61,349 nt of DNA from a virus (Duplodnaviria; Caudoviricetes): positions 1 through 61,349 of IMG/VR virus record IMGVR_UViG_3300028383_000142, one strand, 5' to 3'. The notes beneath the pieces are model-generated. The model did not search any database and was not told the DNA's origin. It worked only from the letters and a program-made list of their open reading frames with translations. Below are positions 8,737 to 18,582 of this stretch, in pieces. Position 1 is the first letter of the stretch. Every line of letters starts with the position of its first letter. The translations under genes were made by a program, and so were the position numbers.

Positions 8737-8750
8737 CTATTTATAAATAG
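8737..8750. promoter_or_regulatory. Palindromic bidirectional late promoter CTATTTATAAATAG
   Basis: TATAAATA on + (8742-8749) and on - (8738-8745) between divergent genes. Confidence 0.75.
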
Positions 8751-8784
8751 ATGCATAAGGTTTATAGCAGGAGTACAAACCCCA

Positions 8785-11154
8785 ATGGCTCGCATTTTTC
8801 GTAAGCGCGGTCTTCGGCGAGATCGCAATTTCTCTGATGTCTCGAACCCTGACACGGCCCTTAACAATCTTCTCGATGGGCTGGTCCAGCAGTCGGGTGA
8901 GCGTTTCGTATCCGCAGACTTGAATGTCATTCGAGGTCTTGCAGGAACGACGATGAGTAACGCTGACTTTCGGAATATCAACAATGCGGCGCTCAAGGGC
9001 CTTGACCCTACACAGCCGTCTGCCGTGTACACGCCACTTGTCACGCTACAGAATAGAATCGACGTGGCCGAATTCACGACCGGCGATCCCCAGTTTTTTG
9101 GGGGGAACAAACTGACGGCTCGGTACTACCTTAATGAGGTAGTGAACAATGAGGCAACAACATACGATACGATCGTAAATCAGGGAGATGCCCAGACGTT
9201 CCTAAATGATGATGGGGATCTAGTCACCTCTGAAACCTTCTGGGAGAACGGGCAGTTTACGTTCTTCTCAGATCTTCACCCGTCTCTTGACGATGGCCTT
9301 GGGTGCATTGAATGGACGGGGTACTTCCGCCCTTCGGTATCCGGGAGATATTTTTTCCGAATAGATTCAACTGGCCTGTACAGCTTTGAGTTTAATGCCC
9401 ACTCTGATGAAGTGATCCCGACTGCCGGATCATTTACGGCCAAAAAGGTTGTCCCCCTCCTTGAATCTGTCTCGGGGACATTCACTGACGGTTCTGATAC
9501 GATCGTCATCTCGAATGAAACCCAGTATGGCGAATCGGTTATCGACCAGATTGCCGAGGGAGATATCGTCTCTGGATCATTTGCTCCACTTGACGATCCG
9601 GAGAACAATCCGGTAACGGTAACGAATGTCAATTACTCGACCCGACAGGTCACGATCTCCGAGACACTCTCATCACCCCCTTCTACTGGGAGTGTCGATA
9701 TCATCTCACAGTTTGGGCAGAACAAGCGGCTGGGGTATACGACCTCTATTCTGGAACGGTATCAGGCATACCCGATCCGGATCAAGTTCCTCTGGATCGA
9801 TGGGTTTGGCGAACAGTACAACCCAACCGATGCTCAAACTAAGCAGTTTAATGTGTTTATCGACTCGCCGCTCGACACACTCTCGGAGTTTAACTACAAG
9901 TTCCTGTACTCCGAGGACTATAATAACCTGCCAGAAATCGGCTCAGAAGGTGCCGGTGATTTTTACAAATTCTTTGTCGAGCGTGTTCCCCCCGGTGGAA
10001 CTCGACTGATCCTGAATAACGATGGATCGATCGGGGCAGATACCGGCTTTTCAGGGTATAGAAACCTGTTGTCACGGGATACTGTCAATCTCCCGTACGA
10101 ACCGCCCCAGACATACTCGGATGCCGTATTCTCCAAGTCCCTTGACTTCTCGGTCGGCGGAATCACTCTCTCAACATCAAACACCGATGGTATTACGGTC
10201 GGGAATCTTCTCCTTGGCGATAATGTCGATCGGGGTACGATCGTCAGTGATGTGATTCAGAATCAGGCCGTATCACTGAACCAGCCGATCAACTCTGGGT
10301 CAAGCCCCCAGACATTCTATTTTGCTGATCATCAGGGACTCAAGGGGTATGTGGGTGGAGTAAGCAGTGATACGACAACATACCCCGATAAGATCCTTGG
10401 GGTAGATAAGACACTCTCTGATCAGTTTAGTGTCGGTGATATCGTTGTTGCGCCCGGAGCAACCAGTACATCCGGCGCATGGGCAAGAATCACTGATATC
10501 TCGGACTCCCAGACCGACCCGAGTAATTTCTTTTGGATCACCCTGTCAAAAAACCTTGACTCTGATATCCCGTCATCACCCCAAGACTTTTTTCTGGTCT
10601 ATTACTCCAGTAGCTTGGAGGATCGGTCACTCGATACATTCTGCTCTGATGCCGTTGCTGCCGAGACTACTGCCTTTGCATCGGCAGGTGCGTCAACCCT
10701 TCAGGTTGATACCACGGCAGCAAGAACATTTATGGGGGGAAGTGGAGTAATCTCGGTTGGCGACTATGTGTACTATGGGGACCGAATTCCCGACTCGACT
10801 ACCATCGTGTCAAAAACCGACACGGAAATCGAGTTGTCGAACCCCATCAATCAGGAGATACCTGCCGAACAGACTCTTGCTTTTTCGTCGGTCGACGAAG
10901 ACAAGGGTGTGTGCTTCAGGCCCCGCGACACCTCACCTCCGTTTATTGCTACCGAAGAAGGGCTTCGGACGACATCAACGTACCCAAACATGGTTGTCGG
11001 ATCAACGAACGGAGAACTCCGGTTTGGGAACCTATACTTGGGGAACTCGGCAGACGTATCTGGGGCAACTGGCTCAGAAGTCTCGGACTACCAAATTCCG
11101 ATCAAGGACATTGATGGAAATGAGTTCAAGATCCTGACCGTCAAGAGTCAGTAA
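8785..11154 (+). CDS. PA14-domain virion structural protein
   Basis: RGLRRDRNFSDV N-terminus; IEWTGYFRPSVSGRYFFRIDS PA14 motif; RBS CAGGAG. Confidence 0.8.
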   Translation: MARIFRKRGLRRDRNFSDVSNPDTALNNLLDGLVQQSGERFVSADLNVIRGLAGTTMSNADFRNINNAALKGLDPTQPSAVYTPLVTLQNRIDVAEFTTGDPQFFGGNKLTARYYLNEVVNNEATTYDTIVNQGDAQTFLNDDGDLVTSETFWENGQFTFFSDLHPSLDDGLGCIEWTGYFRPSVSGRYFFRIDSTGLYSFEFNAHSDEVIPTAGSFTAKKVVPLLESVSGTFTDGSDTIVISNETQYGESVIDQIAEGDIVSGSFAPLDDPENNPVTVTNVNYSTRQVTISETLSSPPSTGSVDIISQFGQNKRLGYTTSILERYQAYPIRIKFLWIDGFGEQYNPTDAQTKQFNVFIDSPLDTLSEFNYKFLYSEDYNNLPEIGSEGAGDFYKFFVERVPPGGTRLILNNDGSIGADTGFSGYRNLLSRDTVNLPYEPPQTYSDAVFSKSLDFSVGGITLSTSNTDGITVGNLLLGDNVDRGTIVSDVIQNQAVSLNQPINSGSSPQTFYFADHQGLKGYVGGVSSDTTTYPDKILGVDKTLSDQFSVGDIVVAPGATSTSGAWARITDISDSQTDPSNFFWITLSKNLDSDIPSSPQDFFLVYYSSSLEDRSLDTFCSDAVAAETTAFASAGASTLQVDTTAARTFMGGSGVISVGDYVYYGDRIPDSTTIVSKTDTEIELSNPINQEIPAEQTLAFSSVDEDKGVCFRPRDTSPPFIATEEGLRTTSTYPNMVVGSTNGELRFGNLYLGNSADVSGATGSEVSDYQIPIKDIDGNEFKILTVKSQ

Positions 11155-12196
11155 GGAGAACAAAGTATACAACACCGTCGACGGTCACGGGGATCTTGTG
11201 GGTAAAGTCAGTGCCACTGATGCTCGCATAATCTGATACACCCAGACCGTCTACCTCCAAGGACCCCTCGAACCGAAGGTCCCCGATATTGACCTGTGAC
11301 GACGGGGTCTCAAGCGACGATGTACTCGACACCTCTTCCCACGGATTGCCAAGGGTCGAGAATGCCCGAGCCTTCTGAATAGAATCAAGGGGAGAAAATG
11401 GATCGGTGATAAAGATGCCGGGGACAGTCGGGTTGTCTAGATCATTGTCCGAGGTCAGGGCATTTGCCGGGTCACCAATTCGGAGAGCACCGCGCAACCG
11501 GATATTGTCGTCTGTCGAAATTGACCGAGACACTGAATACTTGCGACGGCGTTTGAAATTGGCCTGTGATATGTTCTCTTCGATCCTCAGAAGTTCAGAG
11601 TTAAAATCCCCTGACACACCGTACGAAAAGAAATTCCTTCCACCTAAAGTAGCAACGCCAAGATTATCGGGCGAGTTATTGATCTCAGGTGTTGCAATGT
11701 TCAGGAGATTTGTCTGACTCACCGAATCGTCCCGGATAAACCGAACGATCATCGAATCGATGCCCGACAAGTCGAGGGGATTTACACCCACGTCGGTTGC
11801 CAGTCCAAACGCTCTCTGTGATTCAAACTCACCAAGTCCAAACTCAAAGTCCACGACGATATACTCGACAAACTCAGGAGTTCCGTCTACATTTCGGGCC
11901 ACGACCTCAGACGTGTTTGGATTCACGACCTCGATGTTCACGCGGTCACCGTTCGTAAAGGTAAATGGGACTGTCCGAGGGAACAGGAATCGCCTGTCTG
12001 ACGCACCACCCGACGAATCAATAATCCCACCCCCTTCACCAGAGGGATCAAATGTCAGGGCCGATGTGTTCTCAAGATTGTTGACAAACAGAGATATATC
12101 TTCATCGATCCCCGGACCCGCGAGATTGATAAGGGACTGGTTATCCTGAAGAGGTTCGGCCAAATTGGTTGCGCGTTCAAGACCTCGGTATGCCAT
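11141..12196 (-). CDS. Virion structural protein (shares terminal motifs with its neighbours)
   Basis: RGLERATNLAE N-terminus; C-terminal HKIPVTVDGVVYFVLL. Confidence 0.75.
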   Translation of the reverse strand: MAYRGLERATNLAEPLQDNQSLINLAGPGIDEDISLFVNNLENTSALTFDPSGEGGGIIDSSGGASDRRFLFPRTVPFTFTNGDRVNIEVVNPNTSEVVARNVDGTPEFVEYIVVDFEFGLGEFESQRAFGLATDVGVNPLDLSGIDSMIVRFIRDDSVSQTNLLNIATPEINNSPDNLGVATLGGRNFFSYGVSGDFNSELLRIEENISQANFKRRRKYSVSRSISTDDNIRLRGALRIGDPANALTSDNDLDNPTVPGIFITDPFSPLDSIQKARAFSTLGNPWEEVSSTSSLETPSSQVNIGDLRFEGSLEVDGLGVSDYASISGTDFTHKIPVTVDGVVYFVLLTDS

Positions 12197-12202
12197 ACTT
12201 GT

Positions 12203-14719
12203 TTATCCGTCCACACCTATGATAGACCATCCACCCGATCGAAGATTTTCGATGTATGTGCGGATCGTATTCTCGATATTGTTACCACCGTCGAGTGTCG
12301 ACCGTGGGTTGTAGTTTGGTGCGCCACTCTGCCCGCGCAGGTTCACGTACACACGCGTTATCCGCGTACGCTCGTACAGGGTGTGCAGGTCAGTGATAAT
12401 AGAGTTCAGGTCCGTCTCTGTCAGGTCATTGTTCGCAATATCAATCCGCTGGATACTCGTGAGTCCGACAAAAGATCCGACCGTATACCCGTTGAACGAA
12501 CAGTTGTACAGATAAACTCTCCGCAGAGACGAAGACGAATCAGTCAGGTTCGGGATAGATCCGGATAACTGCGAGTTGTTCTGAAGATACAGGTACTGAA
12601 GCGCAGGGAGTGAATTGAACCCAACAAAATTACTCAGTTCATTGTTGCTCAGGTTGATGAGCCGAAGATTCAGACGGTTCGAGTATTCAGGGACACCACC
12701 AGACAGACGATTCCCCGACAGGTCGATCGAACTGATCTGATCGTTGGTCGTAAACTGGGGTACTGGCCCCGAGAAGTTGTTGTTCGGGAGTGAAAACTCA
12801 CGAAGCGACGGGCAACTCGACATATCTGGAAGCGTGATTGTCGGGTCATCTCCACCAGTTCGGCCACCCGATTCCCAGTACAGGGTGCGAAGCGATGACA
12901 TGTTTCGGAACGTGCCATCTTCAAACCCCTTCTCGCTCAACAGGTTGTCACTCCGCACCGAGAACGATGTCAAGGTACTCCGACAGTCATTAAATGTATC
13001 TCGAAACAGGACAAACTCATCCCCATTGGGGTATCCATGCTCACCATTCGGTGGTCGACCACCCGTAAGTCCTGAAGCCGGGGTTGCCGAAAAGGATCGA
13101 AGACCACTATTTCCCTTGAACTTGGGGATAAACCCCGAAACACCCGATCCAGAGATATTGAGTGACGAAAGTGACGGGCACCCGAGCAGCTTGTATGTCC
13201 CTTCCTGTGTATCATTCGTATAGAACGATGCCGATGCCGTGTCTGTTAGTGACAGGGACGACAACTCAGTTTTGTTTTGCAGGTTCGGGAGCCTGAGATT
13301 TGTGTTCGATATATCAACCGTCTGGATTGTATCGGACGCGAGTCCGATGGTCTCGAAGTCCGGGTCCGAAAGGCCACCGTTTCCAGATACGTCAAACCTG
13401 ATCAGGTTTGGCAACTGGAGGACACCATTCGGGGGAATCGAGCGAAAATCATTGCCCTCGACCAGATACTCCTGACACGTGTCTGGTACCGTCGGAAGAT
13501 ACCCGTCTGGATCATTATTATCGGGTCCAAAGTACGCGCCCCCTGAACGGGACAGGTTAAGTACCGTCAGGTTCGGGAGCCTTTCTTCGATAACCGATGT
13601 AAACCCAGACGAATTCATCTCACTTTCAATTGACCCAAAGAACGTACCATGCATCGCCAACTGAGACACCGTCGACGGAATCCGTGATGCCACCGCACTA
13701 CTGAACTTGCGAAGCCCTTCGTCACCAGATAGGTACAGAGGATTTCTTGATATGTCCAACTGGTTGAGCGTTGGGGCAAACGTCGAGATATCTGGCATCT
13801 CCTTGAAGTCATTGAACCGGATATCCAAGACGTTCAGTGACGGTAGTGTTGTCGATGGAAGATCTTCCATTGTCACGTTGGGGAGAGACAGGACAGTCAG
13901 GTTATCGGGTGGGTAATAAATCTCGATATCCCGTTCAGCCGCATTCACTGATCGATAGTTCAACTCTGCGGAAGTCAACTGGCCGATATTCTCAAAGGAC
14001 TGGACATCGATTGGATCGTTGATATTAACAACTCGCCATGATGAGCGGAGGCCATTGATATTCGTGAACTGAATCTGCCCGTCAAACCGGCGAAAATACC
14101 CACGAAATCGGAGTGGGATACCCTTCATGGCGAGCATCTCATACTCTTCCCCATCAAGGGTAACTTTGATCTTGTGGGTCGGGATCTCTGAGTCAAACAG
14201 ACGTTCTTCGGCCCGCACACCAAACCGCAGATTGTCGACCACTAGCTTGCCACCCGAGATCACCTTGACCTCGGCACCATAGAAAATAGGATCGGTATCG
14301 GCAGGTGGATTGGTGACCGTCGACCATGACGATATCCGTGAGGTGGAAATATCGAGGATATCAATCCCATCATTTGTTTCGTTGACATCACGGTACCGGA
14401 TAGCCGATCCACCAACTCCACCATTCACATTCAGGTTTCCCCGAAGAGTAATGTCTGTACCCGGTGATTCTTCAAGAAGTCCATCGTACTGTGAGGTATC
14501 GGCCCTGAGTCGATCGATCGTCTCGTAGATATTGCCCTGAAGACGTGAGATGGCCTGCAAGTCAAAGCGGGTTGCCCCGTCAACCGACGCAGACCCACGT
14601 ATGATATCAAGATCCTGTGGATTCAGGTTGATATTCAAAAGCGCCTGTGTCTGATCAATCACGTCCGAGAGATTTGAGTCTACTCTCAGACCATAAAATA
14701 CCGGTACCTCAAAAGCCAT
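12203..14719 (-). CDS. Leucine-rich-repeat virion protein with plant-type LRRs
   Basis: YGLRVDSNLSDV N-terminus; LxxLDLSxN repeats; LPNNNFSGPVP, LSGNRLSGGVP, LQNNSQLSGSIP. Confidence 0.85.
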   Translation of the reverse strand: MAFEVPVFYGLRVDSNLSDVIDQTQALLNINLNPQDLDIIRGSASVDGATRFDLQAISRLQGNIYETIDRLRADTSQYDGLLEESPGTDITLRGNLNVNGGVGGSAIRYRDVNETNDGIDILDISTSRISSWSTVTNPPADTDPIFYGAEVKVISGGKLVVDNLRFGVRAEERLFDSEIPTHKIKVTLDGEEYEMLAMKGIPLRFRGYFRRFDGQIQFTNINGLRSSWRVVNINDPIDVQSFENIGQLTSAELNYRSVNAAERDIEIYYPPDNLTVLSLPNVTMEDLPSTTLPSLNVLDIRFNDFKEMPDISTFAPTLNQLDISRNPLYLSGDEGLRKFSSAVASRIPSTVSQLAMHGTFFGSIESEMNSSGFTSVIEERLPNLTVLNLSRSGGAYFGPDNNDPDGYLPTVPDTCQEYLVEGNDFRSIPPNGVLQLPNLIRFDVSGNGGLSDPDFETIGLASDTIQTVDISNTNLRLPNLQNKTELSSLSLTDTASASFYTNDTQEGTYKLLGCPSLSSLNISGSGVSGFIPKFKGNSGLRSFSATPASGLTGGRPPNGEHGYPNGDEFVLFRDTFNDCRSTLTSFSVRSDNLLSEKGFEDGTFRNMSSLRTLYWESGGRTGGDDPTITLPDMSSCPSLREFSLPNNNFSGPVPQFTTNDQISSIDLSGNRLSGGVPEYSNRLNLRLINLSNNELSNFVGFNSLPALQYLYLQNNSQLSGSIPNLTDSSSSLRRVYLYNCSFNGYTVGSFVGLTSIQRIDIANNDLTETDLNSIITDLHTLYERTRITRVYVNLRGQSGAPNYNPRSTLDGGNNIENTIRTYIENLRSGGWSIIGVDG

Positions 14720-17700
14720 TACTGCTCCACTGTATTCAGGGTAATCTGAACTTCGCCGCTCGCTGCATCGATTGGCTCGGCGACAAAGAACGTGGCCTCT
14801 GTATTTAGGAGATCCGGGATAATAGCCTCGCGGTCAAAGTTATACACGCCAGTCAGATCAAACGAAATAGTTTCACTCTTCCCGACATAGAAAGAGTCCT
14901 TGAATTGGAGTGGCCGAAGTCTCTGGGCACACTGAGTATCGATCTGTGCGGCGTCTAACTGATTTTTACCGACAAAACTGGTCGGTGCCAGATCCGGAAC
15001 TGCCCGACCACCCGACGTATCGGTACTCATGCCACCCGACGTAACCCAGCTTGGTGTGAGCGTTGTAGATGTGTCGCCGATCTGTTCTTTCAGGGAAATT
15101 GAGTTGATCGCCGAGTTATCCCGCATCTTGACAAAGGCATACAGGGGGTATGGGTTAAACTGGAACACCTTCGTCACATCAACACCCCGAGCCGTAAAAC
15201 GGATCGGAGTAAATTCGATGTCCTCGGAATCTCCTGCCGAATAACCGGCTGGGAACCCTGAGATACTTGCATACCCTGCCTCGGTACCCGGTTCGGTTTC
15301 GTACCGAGTCTCTTCAGACGTAAGAGTGACTCCAGTACCCACTCCATCGATCCCAATTTCACCGCCCTGTATGCTTCCTTGTGGGAAGAACGTCCCCGGA
15401 TCAAGCTCCAGATAAACGAATCCGTCGACCTGACCAGTCTCGGGATTCACGTCCCGGAAAGTACCCCGGCGGACAAGCGGCTCCTGAACAAACACCCGTG
15501 CGACAGAGCAATCACCTGTCTTGTCGGTAGAGTCTTCGGTCGGTGGCCGTGGGATTCGATCGTCAATTTCAAAAATCGAATTCCCAGAATAATTAGTCTC
15601 CCCGGTATCGCGCCCCAGACGGTCACGTGACGTAGTTGACTGGGTGTACTCACCAAACAGTGCATCGTCCTCTGTGATATCTTCCCGCGTCTCGCCGCCG
15701 GGGAACTCAAATCTCAAGACACCGTTATCATCAAACGGCCTCTTGTCCGTAACACCAACCATAAACTCGGCAAATGCCGCATCGTCTCGTGGTTGGGGGT
15801 TCAGAAACTGGATATCGATCTGTGATCCGTACAGTGGTCTAACCGAACCGGCAATCGCGTCAGAGAACCGAGAAATTCTCATCTGATCAGGATACGCACC
15901 CCCACCGGTATCGGCCACATAATCAAACAGATTCCTCAGTGACCCATCTCCCAGAACCACGATGCCACCCGAGTCAAACCCCGATGATGGATTCGTGTCA
16001 ATCGAAGTTGAGGTGATAGTATCCTTGGTATACCCGCGCTGAACAATACGCTTGAGGTTGGCGTTCCTGTACCCGATGATCGTTTCGCCAGATGTAATGG
16101 CACTGTCTTCATCAACTTCCAGATACGTGGAGTATATGCCATCGACGATGATCTTGGAGTCGTTGTCCTGTAGCTGGAACAACTCATTCTGTGGATCAGT
16201 CGGGTTCGTGATATTCGGATTGATCTCGATCGACGAAAGTGTATCGTCAAGGAAACGGAAATTGGCAAGCCGTCCAGATTCAGATGATTTGAGGCCCAGA
16301 TTGTAGTTGTGGCCAAACCCCGGACATGCTCGGCATTTGCCAACGCGAACCTGTGCTGCTTCGGACGAAGTGACGTTCACGGTCCTTGGGAGAATTGTTT
16401 TCTTGTTGGGTTTCGAGTACCCACTCTGATTGATGATATCGCTCTTGGGGTACACGCCCATCAGGGATGTGAGTGACCCAGAACTGATCGAACGAATATC
16501 CGAGAGATACGAATTCGGTGTCAGGGTGCCTTCATCACCACCATCGATATAGCAGGATGCACCGTACTTGTACACAAACTGTGGTGACCGAATCCGCGAA
16601 GTGTCATTGATACTCAGGGCATACCGGAATCTGAAGTTTGGATCTTCGAGGCATGGCTGACCCAGTTTATTCTCGATGACCAAGGTGTGGACATGAACCC
16701 ACCGAGCCTCACCATTCTTGACCGGGACATACACATAAAACTTCGCACCAATGGCACCGTACCATGAGAACTCGATCTTGTACATCGTCACTTCATCAGG
16801 GACAAGAAGATACCCGGACGGACCGTTACCATTGAGTGGATCAATATTCCAGTTGTCTCGACTGATCTCGATGGTATAGTACTCATGGGCCTCGCCGGTG
16901 TCGGGGTCGGTATCATACGGGTCCCCAGACGGTTTGAGTTCCTGCCCAAAGGTAGGATCGAGACCCTGATCTTCGAGCACCTGTGTTTCAAGGGGGATCG
17001 TCGAGCGTCGAACAATCGATACGGTCGAACCACGAAGCTGAAACACATACTGATCAGTCGGGTTGGTAATACCCCACTCGATGATATTGGCGTTTGACCC
17101 CGAATCAGAGGATGCCTTGACGCCAAAGGTAAAACCCGAAATTCGTCCCGGCTGATACCGGTATGTTTCCTTGGACTGAAGGTACGCAAACTCAGACTGA
17201 CTGGCCGAGTAACCCGGACGGGTCGACGAAAAGAGAGGTGTTGATCCAGTGATTTCATTGATCTCGGCAGGGTCGATCTGGTTGAACACCGATGAAGGAT
17301 CGGAAAGGATACCATCATTGATGTCGACCCATGTACGAGTCCACCTGTCAATTAACCCAAACCCCTCAGACTCACTGATCCCACCAAGGAATGTAGTGTC
17401 ATTATTACTATCGAGGGTCACCTTCTCTGGATCAAGAAACCGATCCTTGAAGTCGGGACCATACTTCGTGACATTTTCCGACGAACCAAAGTAATCGTAC
17501 AGGATATTCCCAAGGCGAATAAAGTTACTGTACTCATTGTACAGATCCTCATTATAAAGACCCTGATTTGCATATCGTGGCCCAAAGGGGTACGAGTACG
17601 GGACAGGAAACGCACCCAGTTCGAGTGCCTGCTGATCGATCTGCTCGCGGAACCTAGCACCAAAATGAGGGCCATAGAGTTCTGATTCCCGAGAATCCCA

Positions 17701-18564
17701 TAGGCCAAAGCTTGCCCCACCTCCCTCACTGAATACTTCCCAGTTGTCTTCATCAAGCCCAAGGGTCGAGACATCGGCAAACAGAGAGAGTTGCTGTTCG
17801 GCCCTTGGCACCCCGAGAAGTGAAGTCGATGTCTCGGTTGTCGATGGAAATCGCTCAGAGATACGAACTGATGGCGCACCCGGAGTGGTTACCGACGGAA
17901 GGGCAACGGATGTGGCATTTGCCTTGTTGGCTACCTCAGAGACGGCAACCTCGGTGTCGGTAATAAGTTCAAACCCAACATCGTCGACAAGCTGCTGTCC
18001 CGACACGATGTCAAACAAAGGGAGTTCGTCGGTTATCGTCGGGACAGGATGCTTGGAGAATGAAAACTTCTTGCCATTGACTGCATTCTGAAACTTATCA
18101 AAGGTGAGCCACTCAAGATACCCAAGGGGAGATGCAAGGGGTTTCGAGAGTTTGACGATCGTGTATCGACCATCAATCTCGGTGCCAAGCACCTTGGTAG
18201 AATCTTCAATACCACCATTCGACGCAGAAAATACTTTCTGCCCGGCCTTGATGGCATGTGACGTATCAACAACACCCGATGCAAAGTCTGCTACCTTAGA
18301 TGTATCTGTCTGGACAAGGCCAACCGGATCACCAGAGGTCTGTACCTTACTGTTCCCATCAGAGTCAAGGAACATGTTATTGATGTCGACGATCATGGCC
18401 GACACTTCCTGAGTCAGGGGAAGCGACAGCCCGGTAATATCAGATGTCGAGGCATCGTTTTCATAAACGGCCTCAAGCGGGTTGAGGGGCGTGTACCGAG
18501 GAATGTAAATCTCGGTAGCCCCTGCCTCCGCTTCGACATAATTCAGGGTATTGATGTACGCCAT
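14719..18564 (-). CDS. Large virion structural protein (RYQPG / KIEFSWYGA family)
   Basis: 1281 aa; YRYQPGRISGFTFG, MYKIEFSWYGAIGA, KYGASCYIDGGD. Confidence 0.8.
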   Translation of the reverse strand: MAYINTLNYVEAEAGATEIYIPRYTPLNPLEAVYENDASTSDITGLSLPLTQEVSAMIVDINNMFLDSDGNSKVQTSGDPVGLVQTDTSKVADFASGVVDTSHAIKAGQKVFSASNGGIEDSTKVLGTEIDGRYTIVKLSKPLASPLGYLEWLTFDKFQNAVNGKKFSFSKHPVPTITDELPLFDIVSGQQLVDDVGFELITDTEVAVSEVANKANATSVALPSVTTPGAPSVRISERFPSTTETSTSLLGVPRAEQQLSLFADVSTLGLDEDNWEVFSEGGGASFGLWDSRESELYGPHFGARFREQIDQQALELGAFPVPYSYPFGPRYANQGLYNEDLYNEYSNFIRLGNILYDYFGSSENVTKYGPDFKDRFLDPEKVTLDSNNDTTFLGGISESEGFGLIDRWTRTWVDINDGILSDPSSVFNQIDPAEINEITGSTPLFSSTRPGYSASQSEFAYLQSKETYRYQPGRISGFTFGVKASSDSGSNANIIEWGITNPTDQYVFQLRGSTVSIVRRSTIPLETQVLEDQGLDPTFGQELKPSGDPYDTDPDTGEAHEYYTIEISRDNWNIDPLNGNGPSGYLLVPDEVTMYKIEFSWYGAIGAKFYVYVPVKNGEARWVHVHTLVIENKLGQPCLEDPNFRFRYALSINDTSRIRSPQFVYKYGASCYIDGGDEGTLTPNSYLSDIRSISSGSLTSLMGVYPKSDIINQSGYSKPNKKTILPRTVNVTSSEAAQVRVGKCRACPGFGHNYNLGLKSSESGRLANFRFLDDTLSSIEINPNITNPTDPQNELFQLQDNDSKIIVDGIYSTYLEVDEDSAITSGETIIGYRNANLKRIVQRGYTKDTITSTSIDTNPSSGFDSGGIVVLGDGSLRNLFDYVADTGGGAYPDQMRISRFSDAIAGSVRPLYGSQIDIQFLNPQPRDDAAFAEFMVGVTDKRPFDDNGVLRFEFPGGETREDITEDDALFGEYTQSTTSRDRLGRDTGETNYSGNSIFEIDDRIPRPPTEDSTDKTGDCSVARVFVQEPLVRRGTFRDVNPETGQVDGFVYLELDPGTFFPQGSIQGGEIGIDGVGTGVTLTSEETRYETEPGTEAGYASISGFPAGYSAGDSEDIEFTPIRFTARGVDVTKVFQFNPYPLYAFVKMRDNSAINSISLKEQIGDTSTTLTPSWVTSGGMSTDTSGGRAVPDLAPTSFVGKNQLDAAQIDTQCAQRLRPLQFKDSFYVGKSETISFDLTGVYNFDREAIIPDLLNTEATFFVAEPIDAASGEVQITLNTVEQ

Positions 18565-18582
18565 ACTAGCCTGCTATTGTTA

